64,000 nt of DNA from an uncultured delta proteobacterium (GTDB taxonomy: Bacteria; Myxococcota_A; Polyangia; Polyangiales; Houyiibacteriaceae): contig CAVOVB010000004.1 of assembly GCA_963699755.1 (NCBI GenBank), positions 96,001-160,000 on the forward strand. Direction: 5' to 3'. The position numbers and the translations under genes are program-made. Below, piece by piece: positions 9,155-18,456 of the stretch. Under the pieces are notes generated by a model, which was not told where the DNA came from, searched no databases, and saw nothing but the letters and a program-made list of their open reading frames with translations. Each line of letters starts with the position of its first letter. Positions within the stretch are counted from its first letter, which is position 1.

Positions 9155-10207
9155 ATGGCGTCTGAGGGGAAGAACTTAATCGGCGTCGACATCGGTTCGA
9201 GCGCGATAAAAGTTTGTGAAATCAAAGAGGGTCGCCGGGGGACACGAACCATCACCAGGTTCGGCTATCACCCTCTGCCCGCAGAAACCATCGTGGATGG
9301 TCACATCATCAACTCCGGCGCGGTCGTCGAAGGGCTCGAGAAGCTTTTCGCGAGCAGCAAGCGGCGTAACGTCGCCCTCCGCGCCAGTGGCCACAGCGTG
9401 ATCATCAAGAAGATCTCCATGCCGCTGATGACGGCTGCCGAGCTCCACGAGCAGATCAACTGGGAAGCGGAGCAGCACATCCCGTTTGACCTCGACGAGG
9501 TGCACGTCGACTACGAAGTGCTCCACGAGCGCGCCGACCACGGGCAGATGGATGTCTTGCTCGTCGCGGCAAAGAAGGAAGAAATCACCGATCTCACGAA
9601 CCTGGCGATGGAAGCTCGACTTCGTCCGATGGTTGTCGACCTGGACGCGTTCACGATTCAAAACGTGTTCGAAGCGGGCTACGGACAGGCCGCGCAAGAT
9701 GAGACCACGGTCCTGGTACACTGCGGCGCTTCAACCACGACGGTGAACATCCTCGCGGACGGAACGACCTCGTTTACCCGTGACATCGCCAACGGCGGAA
9801 ACTCGATTACCGAGGAGATTCAGCGGCAACTCGGGATCGGTCGGGACGAGGCCGAGTCATACAAATGCGGAGGGGAAGGGCGCGGAATCGTGCCCCGCGA
9901 GGTCCCAGAGATCGTCAATCAGGCCGTCGAGCAGCTCGCGGGCGAGATTCAGCGCTCCCTCGACTTCTATCTGGCCACGAGCGGCGATCGAGAGCTGAGC
10001 CGGATTTGCGTATCCGGTGGTACGGCCAACATCCAGTCGCTCTTGGATACCCTACAAGAGCGGGCTCAGGTGCCTGTCGAGGCGCTGGACCCAACACGCG
10101 TAGCCGATGTGGACGAGAAAGCGGTCGCAGAGCTTCAGGGCCGAGCGTCGCAGGCTGTGGTCAGCATCGGCCTGGCTCTGCGAAAAGAGCGGGAGCGTAA
10201 CTCATGA
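9155..10207 (+). CDS. pilM: Type IV pilus assembly protein PilM
   Basis: IGVDIGSSAIK actin-like motif, WEAEQHIPF, VLLVAAKKE, EIQRSLDFY, SGGTA. Confidence 0.95.
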   Translation: MASEGKNLIGVDIGSSAIKVCEIKEGRRGTRTITRFGYHPLPAETIVDGHIINSGAVVEGLEKLFASSKRRNVALRASGHSVIIKKISMPLMTAAELHEQINWEAEQHIPFDLDEVHVDYEVLHERADHGQMDVLLVAAKKEEITDLTNLAMEARLRPMVVDLDAFTIQNVFEAGYGQAAQDETTVLVHCGASTTTVNILADGTTSFTRDIANGGNSITEEIQRQLGIGRDEAESYKCGGEGRGIVPREVPEIVNQAVEQLAGEIQRSLDFYLATSGDRELSRICVSGGTANIQSLLDTLQERAQVPVEALDPTRVADVDEKAVAELQGRASQAVVSIGLALRKERERNS

Positions 10208-10875
10208 TTCGCATCAACCTGCTACCGACGGACAAAAAGAAGCGCGCTCGGCGCGTAGCCCCTTCGGCCCTTCCTGCGGGCGACCTTAGTCTCCGGACCT
10301 GGGGCATCGTCTATGCCGCTGCGATTAGCGCCTGGCTGCTCGTTCTTGGCGTCCTCTACTTCGCGCAGAGCGGCGAGATGGAAACGATCGCGCAAGAGAA
10401 CAAGACCCTTGAGGCGCGTCGGGACGAGCTGAAGCGCAAGACCAAGGGGCTGGCCGAAGTCGAAGCGCGGCTCGAAAAGAGCCGAGGTCTCGAAAAGGTC
10501 GTTCAAGACCTGGAGCGCGCGCGTCGTGGCCCAACTCGCGCCATCATGGAGCTTTCCAAAGTGCTGAGTAGCCCCGGGGGTCCGACGATCAACCCCGCCG
10601 AGCTCGAGCGAATGCGCCAAGAAAACCCGCTCGCCGGATTCAACGAATCCTGGGACGTGCGCCGGCTCTGGCTTACCCGCTTCGAGGAAATCGAACGGGA
10701 CTGCAAGATCACCGGGATGGGGCGTTCCAACGAGGATGTTGCCGAGTTCTTGCGTCGGCTGACCCTGAGCGACATCTATGACGACGTGACACTCCAGCGG
10801 ACCCGCGCGGCGAGCGACCCGGCGACCGGCCTGCCAATGGTGGGCTTCGATATTACGTGCAAGGTGAGGTACTGA
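10204..10875 (+). CDS. pilN: Type IV pilus assembly protein PilN
   Basis: MIRINLLP signature, TM helix, coiled coil; ATGA overlap with pilM. Confidence 0.93.
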   Translation: MIRINLLPTDKKKRARRVAPSALPAGDLSLRTWGIVYAAAISAWLLVLGVLYFAQSGEMETIAQENKTLEARRDELKRKTKGLAEVEARLEKSRGLEKVVQDLERARRGPTRAIMELSKVLSSPGGPTINPAELERMRQENPLAGFNESWDVRRLWLTRFEEIERDCKITGMGRSNEDVAEFLRRLTLSDIYDDVTLQRTRAASDPATGLPMVGFDITCKVRY

Positions 10876-11459
10876 TGCCAAGTCTCGAAGATCGATTCGT
10901 TGGCATACCGGGCTGGGGCAAGGCATTGGTCCTCGTCGCGGTGCTCGCCTTGCTGACCGTCGGGTACTACACATTCGTCCACAGCAGCATTTCGAGCGAC
11001 GTTCAGCGTGCTGAGGAGACGAAAAAGCAGCTCGAGGAGCAGATTCTCGACGCCCAGCGGCGCGAGAAGCAGTATCTCGAGCTCACCCAGGAGCTCGCCA
11101 ACCGAGAGGTCGCAGACCGGCAGAACCGACGGGTCCTTCCCGAGGATGCCGAGATCGCCTCTTTCCTCCAAGACCTCAACCGCGTGGCCGAGCTCAGCGG
11201 CTTGACGATTCGCCTGGTCGAGCCTCGCCCCGAGCAACGCCAGGAGCTGTACTCGAAGATCCCGGTCGTCCTCGCACTCACGGGTCGATTTCATCAAATG
11301 GGGAAGTTCTTCTACAACGTGAGCAAGTTGGACCGGGCAATCAGCCTAGAGAACATTCAGATGACGAAGCCCACGCTGATGCCATCCGGGGAATTGCTGA
11401 TAGACGTGGATGTCCGCGCCACTACCTACCGGCGTCCGCCAGCCGAAGGGAAGAAGTAG
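10875..11459 (+). CDS. pilO: Type IV pilus assembly protein PilO
   Basis: TM helix, coiled coil, LPEDAEIASFL, YSKIPV, GRFHQMGKFF; TGATG overlap with pilN. Confidence 0.92.
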   Translation: MPSLEDRFVGIPGWGKALVLVAVLALLTVGYYTFVHSSISSDVQRAEETKKQLEEQILDAQRREKQYLELTQELANREVADRQNRRVLPEDAEIASFLQDLNRVAELSGLTIRLVEPRPEQRQELYSKIPVVLALTGRFHQMGKFFYNVSKLDRAISLENIQMTKPTLMPSGELLIDVDVRATTYRRPPAEGKK

Positions 11460-11465
11460 CCTGCC

Positions 11466-12083
11466 ATGAGCTCCAAGATTCGAGTTTTCGCGTGCCTGCT
11501 TTTCGTCGCCACCGTCGCCATGGTGGGGTGCGGGGGGGATGAGGAAGAGTATGCGGGAGGGCTGGGCAGTGGCGCCGAAAGTGATTCAGACACTGCCAAG
11601 TCCGACTCAGAACGCGCCGATAAGGTGGCGTCCGAGTTAGACGCTGCAACGGTCGTATATAGCGACGAAGATTTCTCGGAGCTAGACGTTCAAAATCGTG
11701 ATCCGTTCCGTTCGTATGCGCAGGCGTTCAAGGCGCAAGCCGCAGCTCCCGCGCAGCGCCGGGTCCTCTTGCCGAGCACTAGCTTGGACGAGATGAAACT
11801 GATCGCGATCGTGACGGGCATCGCGACCCCTCGGGCCATGCTTACCGACACTGCACAAGTCGGACACGTGATCCGTGCTGGTGACTACATCGGTCGCCCC
11901 GAAGTGGTACAGACCGGAGGTTCAGAGGGTATGCCGGTCACACTGAACTGGCGTGTGGATCGAATCCGTCCAGGCTCGGTCGTGCTGACACGAGAAGATC
12001 CGACTGCGCCAGACAAACCGCCGTTGACGCGCGTGATGCCCCTTCATGAAGCTGGCGAAGCACCACAGTTCACGACGCCCTGA
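11466..12083 (+). CDS. pilP: Type IV pilus lipoprotein PilP
   Basis: Lipobox MVGC, NRDPFRS, LIAIV..PRAML..G, GDYIG; lies between pilO and pilQ. Confidence 0.9.
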   Translation: MSSKIRVFACLLFVATVAMVGCGGDEEEYAGGLGSGAESDSDTAKSDSERADKVASELDAATVVYSDEDFSELDVQNRDPFRSYAQAFKAQAAAPAQRRVLLPSTSLDEMKLIAIVTGIATPRAMLTDTAQVGHVIRAGDYIGRPEVVQTGGSEGMPVTLNWRVDRIRPGSVVLTREDPTAPDKPPLTRVMPLHEAGEAPQFTTP

Positions 12084-12178
12084 TCTTCTGAAGCCCTTTG
12101 CGCAGATATTCCGTCGTTTTCTTGCGCCGGCCCACGCTGCCGTTCGATGATTAACGGGAGCTGGCAGAGGAGTCAGGA

Positions 12179-14347
12179 ATGCGTATTCATTGGGGTCTTG
12201 CAATCGCCGTGGCAGCAACTTTCGCATGGGTCGACATGGCCCAGGCGGCAGGGCCAAAAATCGACGGTGTCCGTGTCAACGGCGCGCGTGACGAGGCTCA
12301 GGTCTCCATCGACGGTGCGTTCAACGATCCGAAGTATGCGGTTCGCACTCGAGATGATGGTCGACTCATCATCATCGACGTCGAGGACGCTGCCCTACCG
12401 TCTGGCGGAATCCAAACCACCGGGAGCAACTCGCTGGTTGCGCGTACGGTCGCTAGCAACACGGCGAGGGGCGCTCGCATCGAGCTGACGCTCACGGGGA
12501 AGGCGACTTACCACGCGCGCGCAACGGAGAACGGCATCACGGTCAAGCTCCGTCGTGAGGAAGCGGCTACCCCAGCAAAGACCAAGATGCATGGGACCCC
12601 GAACGGGCCCAGTGTCGAGGGTATCCACCTGGAGCAAAAGGACGGTCGCGATCGCGTCGTAATCTCGCTTAGCGGTGCTGCGGAGTTTCGCGTGTCCACA
12701 CGCGCGGGCGCTCCGCCCCGACTCGAGGTGCTTGGTGCACGCGTCGACTCCGGCGCAAAGAGACGCATCGAAGCACCACGGGGCTCGCTGATCGACTCGA
12801 TCGAGCTGGAGCAAAAAGGCGATCGCGCGGTGATCGAGGTTCATGGGTCTGAAGGGTCCGCGGGCACGGCCATTCGCTCCGGGGATCGAATCGTTTGGAT
12901 GTTCTCGCCGACGAGCGCCGATACTAGGCCACATACGCGAACCCTCGCCAGGGAGAAGGACTACGCCGCCGAAGTGGACGGGCCGGAGGTCGCTGGCTTT
13001 CTCAGCAAGATGCCGATGCAGGCGGGCGGAAAGGCCGCACGGCGGTACTCGGGTCGTCGGATCGATCTGGACTTCAAAGACGCCGACATCCACAACATTC
13101 TGCGCCTGCTCTCTGAGGTGGGCGGCGTGAACGTCGTCACCGCAGACAATGTCGGTGGCACGGTCACCATTCGGATGCGCGACGTCCCCTGGGATCAAGC
13201 GCTCGACGTCGTCCTGCAAGCCAAGGCTCTGGGTATGGTGCGGCAGGGCAACCTGCTGCGCGTTGCGCCGCTCGCTCAACTCGAGCAAGAGCGGGAGGCC
13301 GCCATCGCTCGTCAGAAGCAGCAACAACAACTCGCTCCGCTCGAGACCCGGTTGGTACCGGTGAGCTACGCGACGGCAAACAACCTGCAACCCCGGGTTC
13401 GCGAGCTGCTGACCGATCGTGGCTCGGTCTCGGTCGACACCCGTACAAACATGCTGATCGTCCGTGACATCGTCGGCCAACTCGACGACGTCGAAGATCT
13501 CGTACGGAGCCTCGACACTCAGACGCCGCAGGTACTCATCGAATCGCGAATCGTCGAAGCCAGCAGCAGCTACTCACGAGACATCGGTATTCAATGGGGC
13601 GGCAACGCGGTCATGAGCAGCGCCACGGGCAACCCCACCGGCCTTCGGTTCCCGTCTGACATCGGCATCGCGGGCGGTGTGCCTCAGCAGGACGGACCTT
13701 CGAACGGCCTGTCTCCGTTCAACCCCAGCTTGACCAATCCAAACTTCGCAGTGAACTTGCCGGCTGTTACCGGAAGCGGCGCAGGTGGTGCGCTGGGTCT
13801 GACGCTGGGGAGCCTCAGCGGCGCAGTGAATCTCAACGTTCGTTTGAGCGCTGCGGAAGCGGCTGGCTCCGTTCGCATCATCAGCTCGCCTCGGATCTTG
13901 ACCTTGGACAACAACGAGGCGTCGATTTCGCAAGGTACGTTGATCCCCTTCTCACAGGTAAGCGCACAGGGCGTCAACACCGCATTCCAGGAAGCCAAGC
14001 TCGAGCTGAACGTCACGCCGCATGTGACGAGTGATGGCTCCGTAGCCATGGATGTGAAGATCACGCGCAACGAGCCAGACTTCGGCCGAACAGGCGCGAA
14101 CGGACAACCGACGATTCTAGAACGAGAGGCCACTACACAGCTGCTCGTCGACGATGGTGATACCGCCGTCATCGGCGGCATCTACACGCGAAACACCGGC
14201 CGAAACGTCGACCAAGTGCCGTTCTTTGGCGATATCCCGGTTCTCGGCGTCTTCTTCAAGCGCCGTCGTTTCCGCGAGGACCGGAACGAGCTCCTCATCT
14301 TCCTCACCCCGAGGATCGTGAACAGGGCGCTCGCGCTGCCGGAATAG
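12179..14347 (+). CDS. pilQ: Type IV pilus secretin PilQ (two AMIN-like domains)
   Basis: YSGRRIDLDFKDADI, DVPWDQALD, DTRTNMLIV, PQVLIESRIVEA, VPFFGDIPVLGVFF, ELLIFLTPRIV. Confidence 0.97.
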   Translation: MRIHWGLAIAVAATFAWVDMAQAAGPKIDGVRVNGARDEAQVSIDGAFNDPKYAVRTRDDGRLIIIDVEDAALPSGGIQTTGSNSLVARTVASNTARGARIELTLTGKATYHARATENGITVKLRREEAATPAKTKMHGTPNGPSVEGIHLEQKDGRDRVVISLSGAAEFRVSTRAGAPPRLEVLGARVDSGAKRRIEAPRGSLIDSIELEQKGDRAVIEVHGSEGSAGTAIRSGDRIVWMFSPTSADTRPHTRTLAREKDYAAEVDGPEVAGFLSKMPMQAGGKAARRYSGRRIDLDFKDADIHNILRLLSEVGGVNVVTADNVGGTVTIRMRDVPWDQALDVVLQAKALGMVRQGNLLRVAPLAQLEQEREAAIARQKQQQQLAPLETRLVPVSYATANNLQPRVRELLTDRGSVSVDTRTNMLIVRDIVGQLDDVEDLVRSLDTQTPQVLIESRIVEASSSYSRDIGIQWGGNAVMSSATGNPTGLRFPSDIGIAGGVPQQDGPSNGLSPFNPSLTNPNFAVNLPAVTGSGAGGALGLTLGSLSGAVNLNVRLSAAEAAGSVRIISSPRILTLDNNEASISQGTLIPFSQVSAQGVNTAFQEAKLELNVTPHVTSDGSVAMDVKITRNEPDFGRTGANGQPTILEREATTQLLVDDGDTAVIGGIYTRNTGRNVDQVPFFGDIPVLGVFFKRRRFREDRNELLIFLTPRIVNRALALPE

Positions 14348-14411
14348 TCTTCGGACGGGCACCGGTTCCGGGGCCTGGTTGAAGCCCGTGACTGAAGGCA
14401 GGGGGGCTCGT

Positions 14412-15986
14412 ATGCTTCCGAAGATGCGCGTGTACCTGTCAGGCCCCATGGGAGCTGGGAAGTCGACTGTGGCAGCCTCTGTCGCCAGGCAGCTGGGCAC
14501 CCACTCCCTCGATTTGGATGACAGAGTCGAGGAGTTGGCTGGGCGTTCGGTTTCCGAGATCTTCTCGGAGCGAGGGGAGGTTGCATTTCGTGCCCTCGAA
14601 AAAGAAGCCCTGAGGACACTGCCTTCCGATGTCGCTGTGGTGTCCCTCGGTGGGGGTACCATCGTCGATAACGAGACCCGCCAGATGCTTCTCCGCGAGG
14701 GGATTCTGATTACGCTGACCGCAGCCCCCGACGTGCTGGCAGCTCGGGTTGGGGCGGGCCACGGGAGGCCGCTGCTCGCTCGAGACCCCCGGCGAGACCT
14801 GCAGCGGATCGTCGAGGCCAGGGCTGCCGCCTACGCGGAAGCCCACGCGGTCATCGACACGAGCACGCTCGAACCCGAAGAGATCGCCGCGGAGATTGTG
14901 AGCGTGCGCAATCTGGCGCCAATCGTGGTGCCTCTGGGCCTGCGGACGTATCGAGTCGAGGTCGGCCGTGGCGCACGCCATCGGGTAGGGATTCGCGCAA
15001 ACCAGCACGCCGACGGCGACGCCATACTGGTTTTCGATGGAGACGAGGACCGTCCCTGGCCTCAAGACGCCGTCCGCGATCTCACTCTGGCCTCGAAGCC
15101 TCCCATCGAGGTGAAGCTTCCTGGGAGCGAAGCCCACAAAAACATCGCTAGCGTCGAGCGGGTCTGGGACAGGGCCCTCGAAGCGGAAGTCGACCGGCGC
15201 GCGATCATCATCGGCTTGGGCGGCGGCGTCATCGGGGACTTAGCAGGCTTCGCGGCGTCGACCCTGTTGCGTGGCGTGAGCCTCGGGCAGATTCCGACGA
15301 CCTTGCTCGCCATGGTCGACAGCTCGGTGGGAGGCAAGACCGGGTTCAACCGACCTCGCGGCAAGAATCTGGTCGGCACATTCTACCAACCGAAGTTCGT
15401 TCTCTGCGACGTGGAGACGCTTTCCACGCTTCCGCGGGAAGAGCGAATCGCAGGCTTGGCGGAGGCGGTGAAGAGCGCCTGGCTCGACTCCGAAGAGTCG
15501 GTCGCAATGCTCGAACGTGACGCCGAGGCACTCGTGGCCGGCGATGCGGATGCGACGATTCGCGCGGTGCGGATGTCGATCTTGCTCAAGTCGCGCATCG
15601 TTCATGAAGACGAGCAGGAGTCGGGCCGCCGGATGCTCTTGAATTTGGGCCACACGGTCGGCCATGCGCTCGAAGCTGAGGGCGAATACCGCAGGATCCG
15701 ACACGGGGAGGGGGTCGCACTCGGGATGATCGCCGCCACGCGAATTGCGGCAGGGCTCGGGCGAGGGCGCCGGGCGGAAACCGAGCGCCTCACACGACTT
15801 CTCGAAAAACTGGGACTGCCCACCGATCTCGATCAACGACTGAACAGCCGTGCGCTTGGGTTCATCGGCGCAGACAAGAAACGCCGCGGCGAGAGAATTC
15901 ACTTCGTAATTCCGCGGCTTCCAGGCGAAACCGAAATCGCGCTTCTCGGCCTCGATGAGGTTCGGAGCGCACTGGCGCAATCCTGA
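14412..15986 (+). CDS. aroB: Bifunctional shikimate kinase / 3-dehydroquinate synthase (AroK-AroB fusion)
   Basis: N-terminal GPMGAGKST, GEVAFRALE and RPLL (AroK); C-terminal GGGVIGDLAGF, PTTLLAMVDSSVGGKT, GKNLVG, LNLGHTVGH and HGEGV (AroB); start could also be 14379 or 14424. Confidence 0.93.
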   Translation: MLPKMRVYLSGPMGAGKSTVAASVARQLGTHSLDLDDRVEELAGRSVSEIFSERGEVAFRALEKEALRTLPSDVAVVSLGGGTIVDNETRQMLLREGILITLTAAPDVLAARVGAGHGRPLLARDPRRDLQRIVEARAAAYAEAHAVIDTSTLEPEEIAAEIVSVRNLAPIVVPLGLRTYRVEVGRGARHRVGIRANQHADGDAILVFDGDEDRPWPQDAVRDLTLASKPPIEVKLPGSEAHKNIASVERVWDRALEAEVDRRAIIIGLGGGVIGDLAGFAASTLLRGVSLGQIPTTLLAMVDSSVGGKTGFNRPRGKNLVGTFYQPKFVLCDVETLSTLPREERIAGLAEAVKSAWLDSEESVAMLERDAEALVAGDADATIRAVRMSILLKSRIVHEDEQESGRRMLLNLGHTVGHALEAEGEYRRIRHGEGVALGMIAATRIAAGLGRGRRAETERLTRLLEKLGLPTDLDQRLNSRALGFIGADKKRRGERIHFVIPRLPGETEIALLGLDEVRSALAQS

Positions 15987-16051
15987 GTACCGGAAATTTG
16001 CCGGCGTAGACCCAGGGTCGGTACCATAGGGGCACCCTTTGGAGGGGACTT

Positions 16052-16702
16052 ATGAGTCGAATCATCCTCATGGCTATGGTGCTGGCGGTGACCGTTGCTG
16101 GGTGCAACCGCTTCCCTGACAACGGGTTGCAGATCACCGCAAATCTACTGCCGAACGACAGTTGTTTTGTAACCGCCGACCAAGAAGAGCGACTCCTGGG
16201 TGGTATCTGGGACATCAGCTATCGTACCCCAAGCGGCGAAACCCCGGACTACTCCATCGCTCTCGCGCTCGAGAGTTATCTGGTGGTTACCGCGCTTGAA
16301 TTCCAAGGCCAGCAAAACAATCTTCAAGTCGACAACTATGACATCACCCTGCTGCTCCCAGACGGATCGAAGGCGGACCTCGGCGGTTTGGCGAACCCGT
16401 ACCGAGTCAATACGAGCGCGGTGCTTCCTCCGATCGAACCGGGAAGCGATCCGTCCCGCGAAGTAGCGTTTGCGACGGGGATTCCCGGGGACTACCAGGG
16501 GGCTGTCGTGGGCCTCGGCGTGAGCTCTATCTTGCTCGACATTCGGGCCGGCGGGACCACCCGCGGCGGCTTCAGCCAGCGGTCCGCACCGTTTGTATGG
16601 CCCGTCACGCTCTGCGAAGGTTGCCTGAATAACTGTTTGGCGGACAATCTCGACAGCAGCTGCCTTCCCGGTCAAGACACCTGGCCGTACTGCGCGCTCT
16701 AG
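16052..16702 (+). CDS. Hypothetical lipoprotein with Cys-rich C-terminus
   Basis: GGAGGGG RBS; lipobox VAGC; C-terminal LCEGCLNNC...CLPGQD..C. Confidence 0.8.
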   Translation: MSRIILMAMVLAVTVAGCNRFPDNGLQITANLLPNDSCFVTADQEERLLGGIWDISYRTPSGETPDYSIALALESYLVVTALEFQGQQNNLQVDNYDITLLLPDGSKADLGGLANPYRVNTSAVLPPIEPGSDPSREVAFATGIPGDYQGAVVGLGVSSILLDIRAGGTTRGGFSQRSAPFVWPVTLCEGCLNNCLADNLDSSCLPGQDTWPYCAL

Positions 16703-18456
16703 CGAAGCGCAAAGAGGTACGGCGGCACCAGTGCGACTTGCTCTTCAGCGAGGATGCGCAAAGTCTGTGCCCAGGCCTCGGCCGGAAGTGACGCAGCCAA
16801 GGGGTGCTGGCGAAGCCAGCGGCGTTGCATCGCGCGCGCTTCGTCTTCTCCATTTCCGCTCAAGAGCTCATTGATCGCGTCAAAAATGCCCTTGGGTGCG
16901 GGCCAGAGCTCGACCGGTGCCTCAGGGCCGAGCCCCCCGGCGGCACGGGCTTTTTCGAGCGCTTCACTGAGCCCTGCCATCTCGTCGATGAGGCCGAGCT
17001 CCTTGCCGTCCTGGCCGGTCATCACGCGGCCTTCCGCGGCGGCCAGAACCGCTTCACGCTCCATTTGGCGACCCGTGGCCACACGATTGATGAAGCGATC
17101 ATAGGTGTCGCGAAGCAGCGATTCGAAGGCTTCGCGCTCGCTAGCGTTCAATCCTCGCACCGGCGTGGACCAGGCCGCGCGCTTCCCGCGCTGCAAGATG
17201 AACGTATTGACGCCGATGTCCTCGGCGAGCGCGGCGAAGTTGAACTTGCCCCCGACGACACCGATCGAGCCCACCAGGCTATTGGGGTGAGCAAGGATCT
17301 CCCTCGCCGCGGACGCGATGTAGTATCCACCGCTCGCGGCCATGTCTCCGACGCTCGCGATCAAGGGCTTCTTTTCGCCCAGATTGCGTGCCGCTTCCCA
17401 CATGCGATCGCTAGCAAGCGCCGAACCTCCCGGCGAGTTGATCCGCATCACGACCGCTTTTACATGTTCGTCGTTTTCGAGTCTCTCCATCGCCCTCACG
17501 AATGGGCCTGAGACGGCATCTCCCCTCGAATCCGATTCGCCATCGCTGATGCTGCCATTCACGAAGACCAACGCGACCCGATCGCCGGTGCTCTTGGGCT
17601 TCTCACTCTCGCCGCTGAGCAAGCCCAGGAACTGCCCCAAGGTGAGCGGCTCTTGTTTGGGCAGCATCCGAGTGTGTCGAATGGTCTCCACCTGGGCGGC
17701 CTTCTTGATCTCCTCGCGCGACTCCCGGAGGAAGCTGACCGAATCGATCAGTCCCGCTTTCAGAGCCTCTGCCGATCCGTAGGGGCCTTCGTCGATCAGC
17801 ATGCTGGCCCGCTTCAAGTCTCCCGCGGTTCGGGACTTGGTGGCCTCGAGCAAAGCGCCTTGCAGGTCATCGAGAATCGCATCCATCGACTGCTTGGCCT
17901 CCGGGGGCATGTCGTTTCGGATGAACATGTCCCCAGCGCCCTTGTAGCGCCCCATATGGATGATTTCGGCTTCGACCCCGACCTTCTGCAGCAGCGAGCG
18001 AGCGTAGATCATGACGGCTGCCGGCCCGATCAAATCCAGCGTACCGGCGGGCGACATACTGATGCGGTCGCAACTCGAGCTCAGCAAGAGATAGCCAACA
18101 TTGTCCGCAGACTCGAAATGACAGTGGACGGGCCGGTTATCCGCCTGGAACTCCGCGAGTGCCTCGACGAGGTCTTCGACGCTCCCCCACGCACCCTGCA
18201 GCGCTCCAACCCGTAGGAATAGGCCCTTGACCCTCTCGTCGCCGGTCGCTTCCCAAATCCGCTCGAGCACGTCGTGCAGCGTCGGGCGCGGTGGACCGAA
18301 GGGATCGTGCTCGGCGCCGTCGGGAAAGGGCTGTAAGAGCCGAAGCTCCCGAACCACCGGTTCGTCCGACTCTCGTGATTCCTTGCTACACGACGCCGCG
18401 GTCAGCGATGCCAGGACTGTGATGATGAGCGCCATAGGACGCGTGCTGTGCTTCAT
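16699..18456 (-). CDS. sppA: Signal peptide peptidase SppA (67K type, two S49 domains), lipoprotein-like N-terminus
   Basis: GRYKGA, RINSPGGSALASD, SVGDMAASGGYY, VGSIGV, AEGRVMTG, GLIDEMAG. Confidence 0.92.
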   Translation of the reverse strand: MKHSTRPMALIITVLASLTAASCSKESRESDEPVVRELRLLQPFPDGAEHDPFGPPRPTLHDVLERIWEATGDERVKGLFLRVGALQGAWGSVEDLVEALAEFQADNRPVHCHFESADNVGYLLLSSSCDRISMSPAGTLDLIGPAAVMIYARSLLQKVGVEAEIIHMGRYKGAGDMFIRNDMPPEAKQSMDAILDDLQGALLEATKSRTAGDLKRASMLIDEGPYGSAEALKAGLIDSVSFLRESREEIKKAAQVETIRHTRMLPKQEPLTLGQFLGLLSGESEKPKSTGDRVALVFVNGSISDGESDSRGDAVSGPFVRAMERLENDEHVKAVVMRINSPGGSALASDRMWEAARNLGEKKPLIASVGDMAASGGYYIASAAREILAHPNSLVGSIGVVGGKFNFAALAEDIGVNTFILQRGKRAAWSTPVRGLNASEREAFESLLRDTYDRFINRVATGRQMEREAVLAAAEGRVMTGQDGKELGLIDEMAGLSEALEKARAAGGLGPEAPVELWPAPKGIFDAINELLSGNGEDEARAMQRRWLRQHPLAASLPAEAWAQTLRILAEEQVALVPPYLFALR

